A stretch of 64,000 nucleotides of DNA, from positions 1,584,660-1,648,659 of the forward strand of contig CM082576.2 of assembly GCA_040954595.2 (NCBI GenBank). The letters are read 5' to 3'. Below are positions 58,201 through 64,000 of this stretch, one piece after another. This DNA comes from Balanoglossus misakiensis (taxonomy: Eukaryota > Animalia > Hemichordata). Within the stretch, counting starts at the first letter, position 1. The number at the start of each line of letters is the position of its first letter. The notes beneath the pieces are model-generated. The model did no database searches. It was not told the DNA's origin and saw only the letters and a program-made list of their open reading frames with translations. The position numbers and the translations under genes are program-made.

Positions 58201-61200
58201 AAGAAATTTTGAAATTTCGGAAAGTCGAAAAATTGTCATTTTCGGATGATTTTCATGAGCTATAACCCATGATTTTGTCAAAAAATGAAGAAATTTTGAA
58301 ATTTCGGAAAGTCGAAAAATTGTCATTTTCGGATGATTTTCATGAGCTATAACCCATGATTTTGTCAAAAAATGAAGAAATTTTGAAATTTCGGAAAGTC
58401 GAAAAATTGTCATTTTCGGATGATTTTCATGAGCTATAACCCATGATTTTGTCAAAAAATGAAGAAATTTTGAAATTTCGGAAAGTCGAAAAATTGTCAT
58501 TTTCGGATGATTTTCATGAGCTATAACCCATGATTTTGTCAAAAAATGAAGAAATTTTGAAATTTCGGAAAGTCGAAAAATTGTCATTTTCGGATGATTT
58601 TCATGAGCTATAACCCATGATTTTGTCAAAAAATGAAGAAATTTTGAAATTTCGGAAAGTCGAAAAATTGTCATTTTCGGATGATTTTCATGGGCTATAA
58701 CCCATGATTTTGTCAAAAATGAAGAAATTTTGAAATTTCGGAAAGTCGAAAAATTGTCATTTTCGGATGATTTTCATGAGCTATAACCCATGATTTTGTC
58801 AAAAAATGAAGAAATTTTGAAATTTCGGAAAGTCGAAAAATTGTCATTTTCGGATGATTTTCATGAGCTATAACCCATGATTTTGTCAAAAAATGAAGAA
58901 ATTTTGAAATTTCGGAAAGTCGAAAAATTGTCATTTTCGGATGATTTTCATGAGCTATAACCCATGATTTTGTCAAAAAATGAAGAAATTTTGAAATTTC
59001 GGAAAGTCGAAAAATTGTCATTTTCGGATGATTTTCATGAGCTATAACCCATGATTTTGTCAAAAAATGAAGAAATTTTGAAATTTCGGAAAGTCGAAAA
59101 ATTGTCATTTCGGATGATTTTCATGAGCTATAACCCATGATTTTGTCAAAAAATGAAGAAATTTTGAAATTTCGGAAAGTCGAAAAATTGTCATTTTCGG
59201 ATGATTTTCATGAGCTATAACCCATGATTTTGTCAAAAAATGAAGAAATTTTGAAATTTCGGAAAGTCGAAAAATTGTCATTTTCGGATGATTTTCATGA
59301 GCTATAACCCATGATTTTGTCAAAAAATGAAGAAATTTTGAAATTTCGGAAAGTCGAAAAATTGTCATTTTCGGATGATTTTCATGAGCTATAACCCATG
59401 ATTTTCTCAAAAAATGAAGAAATTTTGAAATTTCGGAAAGTCGAAAAATTGTCATTTTCGGATGATTTTCATGGGCTATAACCCATGATTTTCTCAAAAA
59501 ATGAAGAAATTTTGAAATTTCGGAAAGTCGAAAAATTGTCATTTTCGGATGATTTTCATGAGCTATAACCCATGATTTTGCTCAAAAAATGAAGAAATTT
59601 TGAAATTTCGGAAAGTCGAAAAATTGTCATTTTCGGATGATTTTCATGAGCTATAACCCATGATTTTGTCAAAAAATGAAGAAATTTTGAAATTTCGGAA
59701 AGTCGAAAAATTGTCATTTTCGGATGATTTTCATGAGCTATAACCCATGATTTTGTCAAAAAATGAAGAAATTTTGAAATTTCGGAAAGTCGAAAAATTG
59801 TCATTTTCGGATGATTTTCATGAGCACCCATGATTTTGTCAAAAAATGAAGAAATTTTGAAATTTCGGAAAGTCGAAAAATTGTCAATTTCGGATGATTT
59901 TCATGAGCTATAACCCATGATTTTGTCAAAAAATGAAGAAATTTTGAAATTTCGGAAAGTCGAAAAATTGTCAATTTCGGATGATTTTCATGAGCTATAA
60001 CCCATGATTTTGTCAAAAAATGAAGAAATTTTGAAATTTCGGAAAGTCGAAAAATTGTCATTTTCGGATGATTTTCATGAGCTATAACCCATGATTTTGT
60101 CAAAAAATGAAGAAATTTTGAAATTTCGGAAAGTCGAAAAATTGTCATTTTCGGATGATTTTCATGAGCTATAACCCATGATTTTGTCATAAAATGAAGA
60201 AATTTTGAAACTTCGGAAAGTCGAAAAATTGTCATTTTCGGATGATTTTCATGAGCTATAACCCATGATTTTGTCAAAAAATGAAGAAATTTTGAAATTT
60301 CGGAAAGTCGAAAAATTGTCATTTTCGGATGATTTTCATGAGCTATAACCCATGATTTTGTCAAAAAATGAAGAAATTTTGAAATTTCGGAAAGTCGAAA
60401 AATTGTCAATTTCGGATGATTTTCATGAGCTATAACCCATGATTTTGTCAAAAAATGAAGAAATTTTGAAATTTCGGAAAGTCGAAAAATTGTCATTTTC
60501 GGATGATTTTCATGAGCTATAACCCATGATTTTGTCAAAAAATGAAGAAATTTTGAAATTTCGGAAAGTCGAAAAATTGTCATTTTCGGATGATTTTCAT
60601 GAGCTATAACCCATGATTTTGTCAAAAAATGAAGAAATTTTGAAATTTCGGAAAGTCGAAAAATTGTCATTTTCGGATGATTTTCATGAGCTATAACCCA
60701 TGATTTTGTCAAAAAATGAAGAAATTTTGAAATTTCGGAAAGTCGAAAAATTGTCATTTTCGGATGATTTTCATGAGCTATAACCCATGATTTTGTCAAA
60801 AAATGAAGAAATTTTGAAATTTCGGAAAGTCGAAAAATTGTCATTTTCGGATGATTTTCATGAGCTATAACCCATGATTTTGTCAAAAAATGAAGAAATT
60901 TTGAAATTTCGGAAAGTCGAAAAATTGTCATTTTCGGATGATTTTCATGAGCTATAACCCATGATTTTGTCAAAAAATGAAGAAATTTTGAAATTTCGGA
61001 AAGTCGAAAAATTGTCATTTTCGGATGATTTTCATGAGCTATAACCCATGATTTTGTCAAAAAATGAAGAAATTTTGAAATTTCGGAAAGTCGAAAAATT
61101 GTCATTTTCGGATGATTTTCATGAGCTATAACCCATGATTTTGTCAAAAAATGAAGAAATTTTGAAATTTCGGAAAGTCGAAAAATTGTCATTTTCGGAT

Positions 61201-64000
61201 GATTTTCATGAGCTATAACCCATGATTTTGTCAAAAAATGAAGAAATTTTGAAATTTCGGAAAGTCGAAAAATTGTCATTTTCGGATGATTTTCATGAGC
61301 TATAACCCATGATTTTGTCAAAAAATGAAGAAATTTTGAAATTTCGGAAAGTCGAAAAATTGTCATTTTCGGATGATTTTCATGAGCTATAACCCATGAT
61401 TTTGTCAAAAAATGAAGAAATTTTGAAATTTCGGAAAGTCGAAAAATTGTCATTTTCGGATGATTTTCATGAGCTATAACCCATGATTTTGTCAAAAAAT
61501 GAAGAAATTTTGAAATTTCGGAAAGTCGAAAAATTGTCATTTTCGGATGATTTTCATGAGCTATAACCCATGATTTTGTCAAAAAATGAAGAAATTTTGA
61601 AATTTCGGAAAGTCGAAAAATTGTCATTTTCGGATGATTTTCATGAGCTATAACCCATGATTTTTCTTCAAAAAATTAAGAAATTTTGAAATTTCGGAAA
61701 GTCGAAAAATTGTCATTTTCGGATGATTTTCATGGGCTATAACCCATGATTTTCTCAAAAAATGAAGAAATTTTGAAATTTCGGAAAGTCGAAAAATTGT
61801 CATTTTCGGATGATTTTCATGAGCTATAACCCGGTTTTGTCAAAAAATGAAGAAATTTTGAAATTTCGGAAAGTCGAAAAATTGTCATTTTCGGATGATT
61901 TTCATGAGCTATAACCCATGATTTTGTCAAAAAATGAAGAAATTTTGAAATTTCGGAAAGTCGAAAAATTGTCATTTTCGGATGATTTTCATGAGCTATA
62001 ACCCATGATTTTGTCAAAAAATGAAGAAATTTTGAAATTTCGGAAAGTCGAAAAATTGTCATTTTCGGATGATTACCCATGATTTTGTCAAAAAATGAAG
62101 AAATTTTGAAATTTCGGAAAGTCGAAAAATTGTCAATTTCGGATGATTTTCATGAGCTATAACCCATGATTTTGTCAAAAAATGAAGAAATTTTGAAATT
62201 TCGGAAAGTCGAAAAATTGTCATTTTCGGATGATTTTCATGAGCTATAACCCATGATTTTGTCAAAAAATGAAGAAATTTTGAAATTTCGGAAAGTCGAA
62301 AAATTGTCATTTTCGGATGATTTTCATGAGCTATAACCCATGATTTTGTCAAAAAATGAAGAAATTTTGAAATTTCGGAAAGTCGAAAAATTGTCATTTT
62401 CGGATGATTTTCATGAGCTATAACCCATGATTTTGTCAAAAAATGAAGAAATTTTGAAATTTCGGAAAGTCGAAAAATTGTCATTTTCGGATGATTTTCA
62501 TGAGCTATAACCCATGATTTTGTCAAAAATGAAGAAATTTTGAAATTTCGGAAAGTCGAAAAATTGTCATTTTCGGATGATTTTCATGAGCTATAACCCA
62601 TGATTTTGTCAAAAAATGAAGAAATTTTGAAATTTCGGAAAGTCGAAAAATTGTCATTTTCGGATGATTTTCATGAGCTATAACCCATGATTTTGTCAAA
62701 AAATGAAGAAATTTTGAAATTTCGGAAAGTCGAAAAATTGTCATTTTCGGATGATTTTCATGAGCTATAACCCATGATTTTGTCAAAAAATGAAGAAATT
62801 TTGAAATTTCGGAAAGTCGAAAAATTGTCATTTTCGGATGATTTTCATGAGCTATAACCCATGATTTTGTCAAAAAATGAAGAAATTTTGAAATTTCGGA
62901 AAGTCGAAAAATTGTCATTTTCGGATGATTTTCATGAGCTATAACCCATGATTTTGTCAAAAAATGAAGAAATTTTGAAATTTCGGAAAGTCGAAAAATT
63001 GTCATTTTCGGATGATTTTCATGAGCTATAACCCATGATTTTGTCAAAAAATGAAGAAATTTTGAAATTTCGGAAAGTCGAAAAATTGTCATTTTCGGAT
63101 GATTTTCATGAGCTATAACCCATGATTTTGTCAAAAAATGAAGAAATTTTGAAATTTCGGAAAGTCGAAAAATTGTCATTTTCGGATGATTTTCATGAGC
63201 TATAACCCATGATTTTGTCAAAAAATGAAGAAATTTTGAAATTTCGGAAAGTCGAAAAATTGTCATTTTCGGATGATTTTCATGAGCTATAACCCATGAT
63301 TTTGTCAAAAAATGAAGAAATTTTGAAATTTCGGAAAGTCGAAAAATTGTCATTTTCGGATGATTTTCATGAGCTATAACCCATGATTTTGTCAAAAAAT
63401 GAAGAAATTTTGAAATTTCGGAAAGTCGAAAAATTGTCATTTTCGGATGATTTTCATGGGCTATAACCCATGATTTTGTCAAAAAATGAAGAAATTTTGA
63501 AATTTCGGAAAGTCGAAAAATTGTCATTTTCGGATGATTTTCATGGGCTATAACCCATGATTTTGTCAAAAAATGAAGAAATTTTGAAATTTCGGAAAGT
63601 CGAAAAATTGTCATTTTCGGATGATTTTCATGGGCTATAACCCATGATTTTCTCAAAAAATGAAGAAATTTTGAAATTTCGGAAAGTCGAAAAATTGTCA
63701 TTTTCGGATGATTTTCATGGGCTATAACCCATGATTTTCTCAAAAAATGAAGAAATTTTGAAATTTCGGAAAGTCGAAAAATTGTCATTTTCGGATGATT
63801 TTCATGGGCTATAACCCATGATTTTCTCAAAAAATGAAGAAATTTTGAAATTTCGGAAAGTCGAAAAATTGTCATTTTCGGATGATTTTCATGAGCTATA
63901 ACCCATGATTTTCTCAAAAAATGAAGAAATTTTGAAATTTCGGAAAGTCGAAAAATTGTAATTTTCGGATGATTTTCATGGGCTATAACCCATGATTTTC
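49263..64000. repeat. Homogeneous 87-bp tandem satellite, roughly 169 monomers, runs off the window end
   Basis: Consensus CATGAGCTATAACCCATGATTTTGTCAAAAAATGAAGAAATTTTGAAATTTCGGAAAGTCGAAAAATTGTCATTTTCGGATGATTTT. Most monomers are identical, with a few recurrent single-base variants and a 13-bp deletion variant. Confidence 0.99.

Noticed and set aside
49343-63917. Giant minus-strand ORFs of a 29-aa repeat (MTIFRLSEISKFLHFLTKSWVIAHENHPK)
   Set aside because: The unit is 87 bp (divisible by 3), so any stop-free frame stays open indefinitely. A recurrent 13-bp deletion breaks the frame, the related edge subfamily is open in a different frame (MGYSSRK...), and there is no gene structure.
48027-64000. 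CRISPR-like array
   Set aside because: Head-to-tail repeats with no unique spacers, no cas genes and a eukaryotic context.

Overview
Eukaryotic, AT-rich, intron-rich animal genomic DNA with compact introns and vertebrate-like gene structures; an invertebrate deuterostome or similar marine invertebrate is my inference. Bases 1-47.9 kb are gene-dense. In order: a CYP46A1-like P450 (-), the 3' exons of an unidentified single-pass membrane protein gene (-), selenoprotein N (-; in-frame UGA with an SRE hairpin and a 3'UTR SECIS), AP5M1 (+, head-to-head with SELENON), two tandem paralogues of a coiled-coil protein resembling SKAP/KNSTRN (+), GPATCH11 (+), COX20 (-), MDH1 (+, ending in a PTS1-like -AHL) and UGP2 (+, with a U12-type intron). 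Three non-autonomous DNA-element insertions lie in this part. From about 48.0 kb the window becomes satellite DNA. A short diverged 87-bp subfamily with long dyad symmetry and an internal inversion is followed by more than 14.7 kb of a highly homogeneous 87-bp satellite with ~2.2-kb higher-order structure, a centromere candidate. The long ORFs there are repeat artefacts. Exon models were assembled by eye from splice signals and recalled family motifs; no database search was run.
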